This document shows positions 13,716-24,900 of a stretch of DNA of 64,000 nucleotides, piece by piece. The DNA is taken from positions 354,018 through 418,017 of the forward strand of contig NW_005434666.1 in NCBI RefSeq assembly GCF_000315625.1, in the 5' to 3' direction. Origin of the DNA: Guillardia theta CCMP2712. Taxonomy: Eukaryota > Protista > Cryptophyta. The notes beneath the pieces are model-generated. The model worked only from the letters and a program-made list of their open reading frames with translations, was not told the origin of the DNA and ran no database searches. Positions within the stretch are counted from its first letter, which is position 1. Every line of letters starts with the position of its first letter. A program made the translations under genes and the position numbers.

Positions 13716-14882
13716 TCAGAGCCTCTTGAGGCTCCTTTTCTTGTCATCCTTCTTCTTTTCCTCTTTCTTGCCCGCAGTTGAGATGCTGCTGGGCTTCTCC
13801 CCCCCGATGCTCTCGATGTTCTTCTCAGTCGGAGCACTCTGAGCAGACACATCAACCTTCCGACAGCCCCAACAAGTTTCTCCTACCTCCCTGGTCGCAT
13901 GGATCTTCGTCATAAGCTGTGCCCGCTGGAAGTACGACTCGTAGTCCTCCATGAAGAGCCTTCCAGCCTACAGTCAAGTCAACAGCGCCCTCATCCTGCG
14001 GCAATTCCTCAGACCTCCTCGTTGAGAGCGGACTCAGGGTTCGGCTCTATCAGCAGGCATCGAACCACCTGCTTAGGAGCTGAGCAGATCAAGCGCTAAG
14101 TCTCAACACAAACCATCAAGATGTGGCCGAGCTTGCAGTCAGACTTCCAGTCCTTCTTGAGAGTATTCACACAGATCTCTCCGTTCTTGGCGATGTTCGG
14201 ATGAAAGATTGGTGTGATGAAAAAGCCTTTCGGCGGCGCAGATGGGAAATCAGGCCCGAACACGAGCTTGATCTTGAAAACTCCTCCATGGAATGGAGTT
14301 TCAGCTGCAGATCCCCTCCATGTAAGACAACAACTTCCACAAAAGAGGAGATGTCAACCTGGTCCAGAGATCTCCGCTCTAAGATCAGTGACGTTCTCTT
14401 CGTTCACTTGCAGGGTGACATCTGAAACCGGTTGCTTGGTGTAATCTTTGACCTCCTTGATCAATCTATTCAACACAGATGAAGAAATGTTCTCGTTGGT
14501 AGCCTGCAGGAACACCCTTGTCAGACACAAGGCTAGACATTGGTTGATATGTGGGAGCAAAATTTGAACAGCATCAGAAAAGAAATCCTCCTTTTTCTTT
14601 TTGACGTCCTCACGAAGTCAACAGTGAATGGAGAGCCAGCGAGCAAGTCATGTGATTTCAATGAAGAGATTGAACTAGATGTAATCCCAAAGACCACCCA
14701 CACGTGTCCTCAAAGAAACAGAAGAAGGGCCAATACTTGCGTCAACACTTTGTTGTGACTGCAGTGAAGTGTGGGCGGCAGAGAGAAGGATCATCGAGGA
14801 GGGAAGGAGGAAACGTAGTAGAAGCCACTCAGAGAGAAGAGGAGGGGGGGGGGGTACGAGGGAAGCAGCAGCAGGTTACCAT
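13716..14882 (-). CDS. UBE2S: Ubiquitin-conjugating enzyme E2 S (UBE2S/UBC22-like), multi-exon
   Basis: [21 protein letters not shown] active site, [17 protein letters not shown]-terminal KKRSLKRL tail. The first exon is probably the ATG alone. Confidence 0.92.
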
Positions 14883-15224
14883 GGTGTCTTCAGGCAGTGG
14901 GGACGCAGAGCTGGTTGTATCGTTCACCCCCTAGGGCATGAAAGTTCCGTTGGCCGCTCTCTAAAAGAAATTTTGTCATTCAAATGGACTCCCAAATATT
15001 AAATTTTGACCCCTAAATTATGAGCACTTTGTTCGTGAAAAGTTCAAATTTGCATACTGAGTTCCGAAGTTTACAAGCTATATTATAAGAATAATACGTA
15101 CTGGTACTGATGGCCCTCCACCGTCACATTTCAGTACCAGCAAAAACTTATAAATTCATTGCCACTGCTGGTACAAAACCCTGTGGTGGACTCATAACCT
15201 GAACAAGAGGCTTCGGAACTCGGA

Positions 15225-15770
15225 ACGGCAGTGCTCAGGCGCCGGGCCCGGCGGCACTCCGCCCGGCCCCCGGCCACTGGACGGCGTACTGCCGGGCGGC
15301 CGCGGTACGAAGTACCGGTTCAGTACCGTGACTCAGTCAGGCCGCTGGCCGGGACTCCTCCGGAGTCCGACTCAGCCGCCGCTTCGCACTGCGCGCGGCC
15401 CGGGCAAGCCGCTGCCCGCCGGGCCGGCCCCCGGGCCCGGCGCCAGGGCGGGCCGGGCCGCGGGACAGGCTCCGAGGCCCCGAAAGTCCGATCGGAGTGA
15501 AATCAGTGACTCTGTGAGCCTCGGAGCGGCGGCGCCGGCCCACCAACGGCAGTGAGGCACGGGGGCTGTTGCCTCCTCGCCGCCGCTCGTTCGCCGAGTC
15601 GGACCGTCCGCCGCGCCGCCCGGGCACGGCCCGGGCCGCACTGAGCGGCATTGGCCGCACAGCCGGGAGTCGTTGTGACTCACAGAGTCAGTGAACTACC
15701 GTAGTAGTACCTGGGGCGTCCGACTCGCCGAGTTGCGAGTCGGACTCAGAAGCTGCTCTCAGTGCCCGTA
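15225..15770. repeat. Very GC-rich, CCGG/GGCC- and GACTC/GAGTC-rich low-complexity intergenic tract
   Basis: Dense short palindromes. Similar shorter tracts at ~4460-4510 and ~10080-10230. Confidence 0.6.
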
Positions 15771-15890
15771 TGATTAAGCTGACAGTGAAGCTTGAACGTT
15801 TTACATTGACGCCATCCGACAAGTTCCTAACTAGCAAGATTTTTCTCCGCGGAGCTCCCGCGCCTCCCAGCCTCCGGCTGAGCGGCCCTT

Positions 15891-17894
15891 TCAAAAGCCA
15901 AGTCGCTCCACGATATCTTGCACTTCTCCATCCTTCGGGCATCGAGCTGTTCCTCCGACATGATGGCTGATCTTTTGGCAGCGGAGCAAGTGAGGAGGGA
16001 AGGCAATCATTTGATCCCGCAGGTTGATCTCAAACCCATTGACCTCAACTTCGGGATGGACAGACCACGATCCCTTCCCTGCATGATGGTCGAGCAACGC
16101 CACGTACCCAGGAAAGCTGTACTCCACCAAGTCGTAGGGAGCTTCGCTCCATCGGGCCGGAACCAGCTCAGGAGAGACAACGCTCTGCAGAGATTTAGAG
16201 AAGAAAGTTGCCATCCAGGAGAAAGTCGAGCGAGAGAGGATCATGTGCCTTGCTTGCACGAGCTCGTACAGGTCTTGCATCGCCGTGCTCATCACGGTTT
16301 CTGCCATGGGAAAGATATCCTTGAGGTAGCCGAGGCAGGGATTGAGGAGGGAGGAGGAGGGCTCGGTAATCAAGAAGACTCGAGAGCCAGGATACATGGT
16401 CAGGTGGACAGCGATGGCGACAACGTAGAAGGCAAGGGGCGGCTGCCACATCCCCTTGCCAAGGATGTGAGTGAAGGAAATCCTTCTGAGTACATCTCCT
16501 GACCTTAGATGGACGCAGAGGTCATCGCCCCGGGCTCTGGTGGGGAAGGGAATAAGAACTTTGTAGACCTGACCCCTGAAGAAGTTCCATGTCACGTTCT
16601 TGTGGAAGTCAAACTCTTGATTGAGGCCGTTGCGGTGGGCATAGCAGTCGCCAAATGCGCTACAGTCTTCCACCCACCTCTCGTGAGGTAGGCACGCAGC
16701 TCCGCTCAAGCTCTCTGGTCTCATGAATCCTCCGAACACGTCGAATGCTGATGCCATCTGGTTCTCCACCATCAGCCTGCACGAGTACCAGGGCTCCTCC
16801 TGCCGTATCCGTGGCATCCTGATCAAGGTTGCGTTGGACATGAGAGCCACGTGATGGGCTAAGGCTAAGGTCAGGAAGGTGTTCCCCCACCTCCCGTCAA
16901 AGAAGTGAATAGAAAGGATGCAGTCATCCTCATTGGCGGACCTCTGTCCGCTCAAGACCTCTCTTCTCCGGAAGATGATGCGCTTTGACGCGTTTGCTGA
17001 TATTAACGACTCAACATCTTCAACAAACACTTCGACCGTTCGATCCCCCACAAGATCTCGGGGCAATACTACAGATACGCATGATTTCTTCTCCATGGTT
17101 CTGGCTCGTCGAAAGTGTCTGATTGCCACCAGCTCACCATCAGCAAGGACTTTCGCCACAAAGTCAGTCATGGCGTCATTCCAACGTTCACATCGGCTCC
17201 TGTATGGCCAAGACACTTCAAAAGATACAACGTGTCCTGCTGCCCCCGTGTTCGAGATTGGCTCCAGCGGACCTCCCTCAATGCGAAGCATCAGATTGCA
17301 GGCAGAGCAGGTTCCATCCAGCACGAGGGTGTTGTAAACGTCGGAAAACATCAAGATGTTTGACTCATGGTCGTACAGCATCAAAATCCCGGTGTAGTTG
17401 CCGCACTCGACCTCAAACAAGAACGGGTCTGAGGCAGATCCCTTTCTGCAGGTGGTGCTCTCGTAAACGGCCTTGTAGTTCTGGTCCAGCAGCATTTCTA
17501 CCCGATACGGCAAACATTGATCTCTGTGTGCTGTTATGAATGGATGAGATACATAAAACCTCCAAGGATGTACTGCATGCCCGTCTTCCACGTCCACAAA
17601 GTAAAGTTGCCCAAACTCAGCGTCAGATCCTTGCGATACAGTCTCCTCCATGTCAGCTTGGGAGCGAGGCCCTGTATTGATGCTGGCATGTGACGATACT
17701 CTGTCATCATCGTTTGTGCATGTCAGGCCGTCATCCATTGAGAGGTCCAGGTTTGGAATAGAATCTTTCTCCCTCCTTTGGGGATGGTGAAATTCCGCCT
17801 TCGAACCTGCCTGTTCTGCATGCAGGACGAGGGTGAGGACGCAGAATAAGAGGAGGATCAAGATACTCTCCATGTATCTGTTGCTCTGGAACAT
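15891..17894 (-). CDS. Type II membrane glycosyltransferase, GT11 (alpha-1,2-fucosyltransferase)-like C-terminal domain, intronless
   Basis: N-terminal TM segment. DGRWGN, LCVHLRSGD, QPPLAFY, DLYELVQARHMILSRSTFSWMA resemble the GT11 motifs GRLGNQ / HxRRGD / NSTFSWW. Confidence 0.7.
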   Translation of the reverse strand: MFQSNRYMESILILLLFCVLTLVLHAEQAGSKAEFHHPQRREKDSIPNLDLSMDDGLTCTNDDDRVSSHASINTGPRSQADMEETVSQGSDAEFGQLYFVDVEDGHAVHPWRFYVSHPFITAHRDQCLPYRVEMLLDQNYKAVYESTTCRKGSASDPFLFEVECGNYTGILMLYDHESNILMFSDVYNTLVLDGTCSACNLMLRIEGGPLEPISNTGAAGHVVSFEVSWPYRSRCERWNDAMTDFVAKVLADGELVAIRHFRRARTMEKKSCVSVVLPRDLVGDRTVEVFVEDVESLISANASKRIIFRRREVLSGQRSANEDDCILSIHFFDGRWGNTFLTLALAHHVALMSNATLIRMPRIRQEEPWYSCRLMVENQMASAFDVFGGFMRPESLSGAACLPHERWVEDCSAFGDCYAHRNGLNQEFDFHKNVTWNFFRGQVYKVLIPFPTRARGDDLCVHLRSGDVLRRISFTHILGKGMWQPPLAFYVVAIAVHLTMYPGSRVFLITEPSSSLLNPCLGYLKDIFPMAETVMSTAMQDLYELVQARHMILSRSTFSWMATFFSKSLQSVVSPELVPARWSEAPYDLVEYSFPGYVALLDHHAGKGSWSVHPEVEVNGFEINLRDQMIAFPPHLLRCQKISHHVGGTARCPKDGEVQDIVERLGF

Positions 17895-18978
17895 TCTGAG
17901 AAACGTTCGATGCTCGGAGAATCGCTCTTGCCTTCTCCGTCTGCTCCTCACATTGTCCCGCCGCCTCCAGCTACCACCCTCCAACAACTTTCAAACTTTG
18001 TTCATTTCTGAGTTGATGAAAAGAGTGTACAACTTTCAGCGTCGAAACTTTGAAACTTGGAACCCTGTCAAACCTTTCAAACGATCAGAGTTCAAAACTC
18101 CGAACCTCACCGTGACTTGGATTCCGCAAGGAGGCAAAAATCTTCAAGTGAGGCCGCATGACCCTAAAACATTATTCAAAACATCTCGTTTCGAGTCACA
18201 AGATGACGATGCACCCAAATCAGTGTGTCGGCCTCCAAGGGTACATGAGGTATGAATCGTTGTGTAAAATGTTTCTTTCGCGATCTCCGCGTAACTGAGT
18301 GTCATCATCTCGAGGTGAAAGATCTTATTTTAGATGTGCCTAAGCGATCTAGAAGCCTTGCTGACATAAGAGATCTGAAACGATGACTTATTGATATCTT
18401 TCTTCATTACTGCACACACAGCATCACATTCGGGAGGGGTCCATATTCGGGTAAAATTGGGGGTAGACATAATTTGAAGTGACAAGTAAATGTGACCCTC
18501 GAAGATCTGATCCTCACCCCACCCCCTGTCTTCCACTACCCACCTGCAGATTACTCGTATCTTTCTGCTTCCAGAAAACCTGAGTCACATCTTCAGATAC
18601 TCTAATTGAGGTACCATACAATTGTGGAGATCCCGTCAGGAAAAGGCTCCATGGGCCAAACCACCCCCTCTTGCTATAACCCCCCACCCCATCGCTGAGT
18701 CTGACATACGGAATATCCACTCTTGTTGCTAGACTTCACGCACACCTTTCCTGCGCCGCGCGTAGACGTGATAGTCATTCCTTACTCGTCCCCTCCTCTT
18801 CTTCCCACCCCATCCCTTGAACGACTAGAGAGCAAGTTGTCTACCTCCCACCCATACCTTCTCCTTAGCTCGTGCTGTTTATCTGAGCATCTTCGTCATT
18901 CGATTCGATTCAAACGAGCTTTCCGACATTTGGAAAGTTTGAAAATCAAGAACGAAGAAACTTGACTGGTTTTGAGAA

Positions 18979-19962
18979 ATGGCACCCATCAGTGTTCTCC
19001 GAGACAAGAGAAGCGTTGCTGAGATCACAAAGAAGTTTGCTATACCTGATGTGAGCATCGATTTCTGCAGTGACGACAACGAAGATAGTTTGAAAGACGT
19101 CGAATCCTCGCCAAAGCAAGGGAAAACCCCACCACGTGTACCAAAACTAGACTCATTGGCCGATGCTATTCAGAGATCACTGCTGGGATACACATCACCC
19201 AACACATCACCGAGGAAGTGGGAGGAATGGTACGAATTCCACAACAAGTTCGATGTTGTGTTTGATGACCACGAGGCTACCTGCTCTCCCAAAGAGTCCA
19301 ACCGACCCTCAGTTCACCAGAGAGAGCCAGCACAAGACCACCAGGAGAATCAGCATGTCAAGAAAGTCTTGCCTCCCACCAGACCTAGGGAGACGCTAGC
19401 CCGGTGCCTCTCGCCGCAGAGGCGGGTGCACACTGCTCCCACCGAGTGCAAGTCTGAGCGGCAGAATGTGGAGGAAGAAAGGAGGGTCCAGCGGTCTGTA
19501 TGCAAGCTGGAAGGAAGAATGGAGCTGAGAGAGCGGGCGGACTCCTTGCAAGGCCTCAGTGTGCTCTGTCGGCTAGATTCGAAGGGGAATTTCTCGATTT
19601 TCTCAGCAAAGAATCTGTCGGATTGCATTGGATCGTTTCTAGTAAGAGACGTCATTGTCAAATCGAGAAGCGAGAAGGAACATCTTCTCATACTGGAGCC
19701 CTGCGACGATAGAAATAACATGGACACGCCTGACAAGGATGCGATTCATCTCTTCTTCAAGCAAGTCACTGATCGGAACCTGTGGATGGAGAGGTTGATA
19801 GTTGCCGGTGCCAAGAAGGTCGAAAGCATTCTACCGACCTTTCAACCCAGAACACTTCGAAGAATGCATTCTGCGGGATGTCAAGCTGAAGCTTCCGACA
19901 AACCCTCCCCACCGCTGCGAAGAAAGTCGTATAGTGCCATAGAGAGCAGAAACCGAGTATGA
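18979..19962 (+). CDS. Hypothetical protein with possible C-terminal PH-like domain
   Basis: 327-aa intronless ORF. IHLFFKQVTDRNLWMERL resembles the PH terminal helix with its Trp. Confidence 0.55.
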   Translation: MAPISVLRDKRSVAEITKKFAIPDVSIDFCSDDNEDSLKDVESSPKQGKTPPRVPKLDSLADAIQRSLLGYTSPNTSPRKWEEWYEFHNKFDVVFDDHEATCSPKESNRPSVHQREPAQDHQENQHVKKVLPPTRPRETLARCLSPQRRVHTAPTECKSERQNVEEERRVQRSVCKLEGRMELRERADSLQGLSVLCRLDSKGNFSIFSAKNLSDCIGSFLVRDVIVKSRSEKEHLLILEPCDDRNNMDTPDKDAIHLFFKQVTDRNLWMERLIVAGAKKVESILPTFQPRTLRRMHSAGCQAEASDKPSPPLRRKSYSAIESRNRV

Positions 19963-20075
19963 AGACTCACTCTAGCACCACTTGAATATTTTTTACTGAT
20001 TCAATCATCTCTTAAGCTAAGATTCGTTATAAACACGACAAAATGTGCTCTGTTTGAAAATGCACCTTGATTTAT

Positions 20076-21640
20076 TCAGAATCTACTGAAACATCCGGGA
20101 ACGATATCTTCCCCACAACTTTCTCTGGGTCGTCCAGTCCACGAACATGGGCATCCTGAGAACCGAATGGATGTCAGAACTTGTGCTATGGGCCGGTAGA
20201 TCACTTTCCTGAAGACGTTGAAGGATACCCTGGTGAGTCTTTCCGTTGCTTGCAAGCATCTGCGTATTTCATTCACGCGTGACGAAGCCAGTGGAAACAC
20301 TTACAGCTCTTGTTGTAAGCTGGTAATCGCTCCCTTCAAGATCTATCAAGCAATGCCAGCATCATTGAGAATGAAACTTCTATCAGCAACGAAGATACCG
20401 GTCAAGCGGCCTCCTGCCTCTCGGAGGATGACAGCACCGGCTGCTGTGTCCCACGAGTTGAGGTCTGGCTCAAAGTATGCCGTCAACCTGCCACAGGCAA
20501 TCCATGCCAAGTGCAGAGCAGCCGACCCAAGCATGCGGATCGACCGGCAGTGAGGCATCAAGGCGTTGATCCCTCTCAAGGAGGGCGCTATCGACCTCAG
20601 GTTCGTTGGGCTCCCTGCCACAATGACCGAGTCCTCCACTGCGCTCTCGCTGCCGCACACGATCCTCTGGCCGTTCAGGAACGCCCCACAGGATAGCTTG
20701 GCATGAAACAGCTCATCCCGAAAGGGATCGAGGATCACTCCCACCACTGGCTTCCCTCGATGCGCTACCCCTATGGAGATCACGCTCATCGGCATCCCTT
20801 GCGCGAAGTTGGTGGTGCCATCGATGGGGTCAACGACCCAGAGCCACTCCGAGCTGATGAGTTCAGAGAGAGCCTGAAGCATGCTGGTGACGATTTCGCA
20901 CAGCATGCTGCTGCCATACCTTGGAGGAGGCGGCAGAACCGGGATCAACGCTCTCCTCACCGAGGAACTTGTGAAGTGGAAACTGCTTCAGAACCTGGTC
21001 GAGGCAGAGCAAGTCAACTCGTCGTGCATCCCTCTTTCAGAAACTTCACCTCATCCTCAATGATTTTCTGGCAAATCGGATCGATTTCCTTCCGAACAGA
21101 GAGAATTCAGCCTCAGCTCGTTCTCAGTCGAACATGAGACATGTCACCGTGAGCAGGTCCTTCTTCGAAGCCTTCGTTTTCTTCACATCTGCCCCGAGTC
21201 CCTTCTTCATGGCTCTGAGCTCACCGTGACTGAAATAATCTCGATGCTTGACGGAAAACTCACTCTCCAGCACTAAATGCGGCCTTCTTGGCGGTAGCTA
21301 ACACAGTCTCCATGATATCCTGCGAGGCTCTTTCATTCCCAACACGTCGGTAAGCTCGGAATGAACCTCAGACAATGCTTCTTGGTTGTTCGCAACCGCA
21401 TTTACTCCTCCCCTGAGTCTTTGGGGGTACCAATGGACATCGAATACTCTCGATTTCGCCATGAAAGAAGGAAGGCTCCCGAAACAGAAAGAATTCGCTG
21501 CAGAGTTCATCAAGAACCAGGAACGACAGAACTGCCCATCCTTTCCACCATCCTTTCCCCCCGCGAAACCACCTTTGTTCCTTCTCACCTTGCTCCACCA
21601 TGATCGCCGCGGCCACTGCTAGTACAACCTTGGCCGCCAT
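20076..21640 (-). CDS. Inositol monophosphatase family protein (IMPL1-like), predicted plastid-targeted, multi-exon
   Basis: WVVDPIDGTTNF, RMLGSAALHLAWIACG, WDTAAGAVILREAGG. Spliced N-terminus MAAKVVLAVAAAIMVEQANS|F = signal peptide plus Phe. Stop approximate. Confidence 0.9.
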
Positions 21641-21711
21641 TGCTGATCCTGGGAACAGGTTTACCTCTATAGGCGGGACCTTCCGGAGGTTACTTAGAGG
21701 GTCCTATATGA

Positions 21712-21731
21712 TTGAGTAAATATTTACTCAA
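21712..21731. promoter_or_regulatory. Perfect 20-bp palindrome TTGAGTAAATATTTACTCAA upstream of IMPase
   Basis: The palindrome is visible, and its half-site recurs in other upstream regions. Function is inferred. Confidence 0.5.
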
Positions 21732-21900
21732 GTTTTCCTAATTGATTTTCCTAATAGGGACTTAGCGAAAATGCTGCTGCAGTCATCACCATGGAAGGAT
21801 GTGTAGGTTACAAGAGACTCAGTAGTCGCATCATGTCATGTGCTGGAAAGTGACGTTTTAATGATATCTCCATGAAATAGTCATTCATTTCACACCCTTC

Positions 21901-24900
21901 CTATGTTAATATCTCATTCCGTTTGCGTTTTCTTGAAGCTGACTGCGATTTTCTTGAAGCTGACTGCGATATCCATGCGGCCTGCTTCGAAGGCCTCATG
22001 AGGTCTGATACAGTCATCCATGACAACTCAGAGAATCGTCCCTCTGTCGCCTCCAGTCCTCTCAATCTTGTGACTCGCTCGTATTCCTCAATCAAGAAAT
22101 TCTCACATTGCTGATATATGAAGTCTGCTTCTTCCCGATCTGGATCGCTATTGTAAATGTTCAAGGCTCTTGCTTCTCTTTCTATCACTTTGATGAGGTA
22201 TCGCAAATCACTCAGCCTTCGACCGTCCGAGGTTGCTGGGGAGAAATCAGTGCCCCTCACTTCTTTGAAAGGTTTATGTCCTCGCTCTGCATTTCCAAAG
22301 TGCCAGAGAATCCATACGTCATATGTCTTCATTCCTCTCCAGTCATGTTGTGATAGCGGGATGGCATCGGATGCTTCAACTTCGCCTGCTTCGCTGGAGG
22401 CTGCCTCGCTTGCGGCAGCCCCGCCAGTCCTCTCCCTTTCTGCGTTGTCGCTGCCCTGCCCGTCATTCAAGTTACCACTGCTGACACGTGCGTCCTGCGA
22501 CGCAGCCGATGGAGGACCCCTGCTCTCGGCTCCCGTCGTCGTTGTCTGTACACCGGATTGACTTCCCCTCCATTCCATCGTGCCGTTTCCTGCCATTTGT
22601 AGCAATTCAGGAAAAGCTTCTAGCAATTCCTTGTGCTTTAGTACCAATTCCTTGTTCTTTTGTACCAATTCCTTGTTTGATTGTACCAATTCCTTGTTTG
22701 ATTGTACCAATTCCTTGTTCTTTTGTGCCAATTCCTTGTTTGATTGTATCAATTCCTCGCTTGATTTTACGATGGCTGCTTCCATCTCTTCGCTCAAGCC
22801 GCATTGCAAACCTGCCGCATTGCAAACCTCACCAGGTCCTCTCTGGCTTCTTCTGACCCTATCTGCCTGAAATTCTTGTCGGATAGTGGTCGTTACAGCT
22901 GCAGTCAATTCTGTCGTCACAGCTTGAGTCACCTCGCCAGGCAAAACATTCATCTGCTTGAGAAGGCATACATGTGAAGGTATTCCTGTCGCTGTTCGCC
23001 CATGACTTTCTATCGTAACATGCTGCCTTAGCGTCTGTACAAAACCTGAATGCAAGAACAGGGTGGTTCGAAACAAGGGGTGATTCTTTGGCATCACCTC
23101 TCGAAGAAACTGTTCGTGGTATATCACTGATGCCAACCCAACTTCAACCACGGCGCGCGTCCGCGGTGTTGACACATATGGAAATACAAGTTTCACAATC
23201 TCGTTGACTCGTTCTCTGCTCTCCTGATCCGTGGTGTGAAAAATTGGTGGTAAAATTGCAAAATCCGGGTGCTGAGTCGGCAACCCTGAGGCTATTCTTC
23301 CCACATGCTGATCGCCAGCTCGTTCATACCTCATCATAGCGGCTATGTCATTCATCCCACAGACCATTCCAACACTGAGTTTCACTTACCTCATATCCGT
23401 GTCTTGAATTGCTCCTATCTTCCATCCTGCCCTTACACTGATCGCACCAACGGAAGAAGCAGCGGTGGTTCCGGCTGCGCAGTATGTCGCGCTTCCTTTA
23501 CGAATACTGTGTGATCCTGTTTCATCATTTCACACTGAAGCACGGTTCTCAATTCCACTTCCTCCATGTGTTAGTACCTAAGTCTCCCACACGCTGACCC
23601 TTCTCATCTAGTGCCTGCTGGATATCATGGTCCTTCAGTAATCGCTGGCAGAAAAGCTTGCGGAATCGTTCATATTGTCTTTGACCTGTCCGGCAAGGAA
23701 ACAAAAAGTAGGTGAATGTATAGGTATCACTTACAGGAAGTATACCTGGAAACAGTTTGCCACGAGCTGCAGTATGATCCGCTCCATAGATCAACCAATA
23801 AATCCCTGTATCTTCAGTTATCACATACTACTCCGTAAGGCAACACGGATACCGACCTAAAGCCAAGAACGGGCATATTTCCGGTTTGGTAGGATTGCAA
23901 TACACGTGTTTTGGATCTCTAGCGCGATCACCTGACTGATCGTCTTTCTGATGAATGACAAAAAATCTGAGAGAGTCTTCAGAAAAGTCCATATGGTTGT
24001 ACATCAGAGCAGCTGTGTTACTGGACCGACTCATTAGATTCCAGCCAAGAATCATGAACGTTCGACCCCAAATGAACTCTCGGTCTACCTTGGTCAACAT
24101 TACCTTGCCCAATAACTGGTAGATACAAAAAGGCAGAGGGTCCTTTCCCATGGTCAACTTCGCACTCCTGTCCCTAGCATTCTGCGTGTTGCATTTTTGT
24201 TTCAACCCAACATAATGTTCAGTCAAAGCAAGCTGGAACTGGGATAAACGTTCCACTGGCATGTCATAGAAATGTAAAATGTACATGAGTGCGGATCTGT
24301 AAGAGCAGCATGTTTCAAAAGAAAGATCAGGTTTGATTCTCAGGCAGTGTGCTATCCAGAACATGAAATGCTGCACTGTCAACTTGTCGAAGTCTATGGG
24401 TTTGATATCCTTTTGAGCCAAGATTTCTCTCAAATATTTTTGAGTAGGTAGTCCGTCTTCAATCTTGGTGATTACGTGGTCGGCATCATTCCGGGCTATG
24501 TCCGCCTTCATGTCTGCAGTTATCAGGCCCAATTTATCGTCATTTGCAAATATAAATTGAATGAATCGAACCATTTGACCTCGATACATGACACGGGTGC
24601 TTCCAGCGAGAGCGTTATTCAAAATAGCAGCTATATCCCGTTCCAGTACCGCGAAATCTTCCATTCTCAACTGTTCAGCTGTAACACTTGTCGTCTTCCG
24701 ACGCCGTCTAGTATGGGTAGGTTGAGGATCTTGGTCACCGGTAATCGCGCTTGATCCCACTGGAATCGCAGGGACTGCCAGGATCCTGCTAAGTTGCGAG
24801 CAGGAGGGCTCTTGCTCGCATGCATTGGATTTATCTGGACTTCCCGCACATATTGCATGGAAATAACGTCGGCATTTCTCGCATTGTCGCACAGGGGATG

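Noticed and set aside
15231-15683. Arg/Gly/Pro/Ala-rich ORFs in the GC island
   Set aside because: Non-ATG starts and stop depletion explained by composition.
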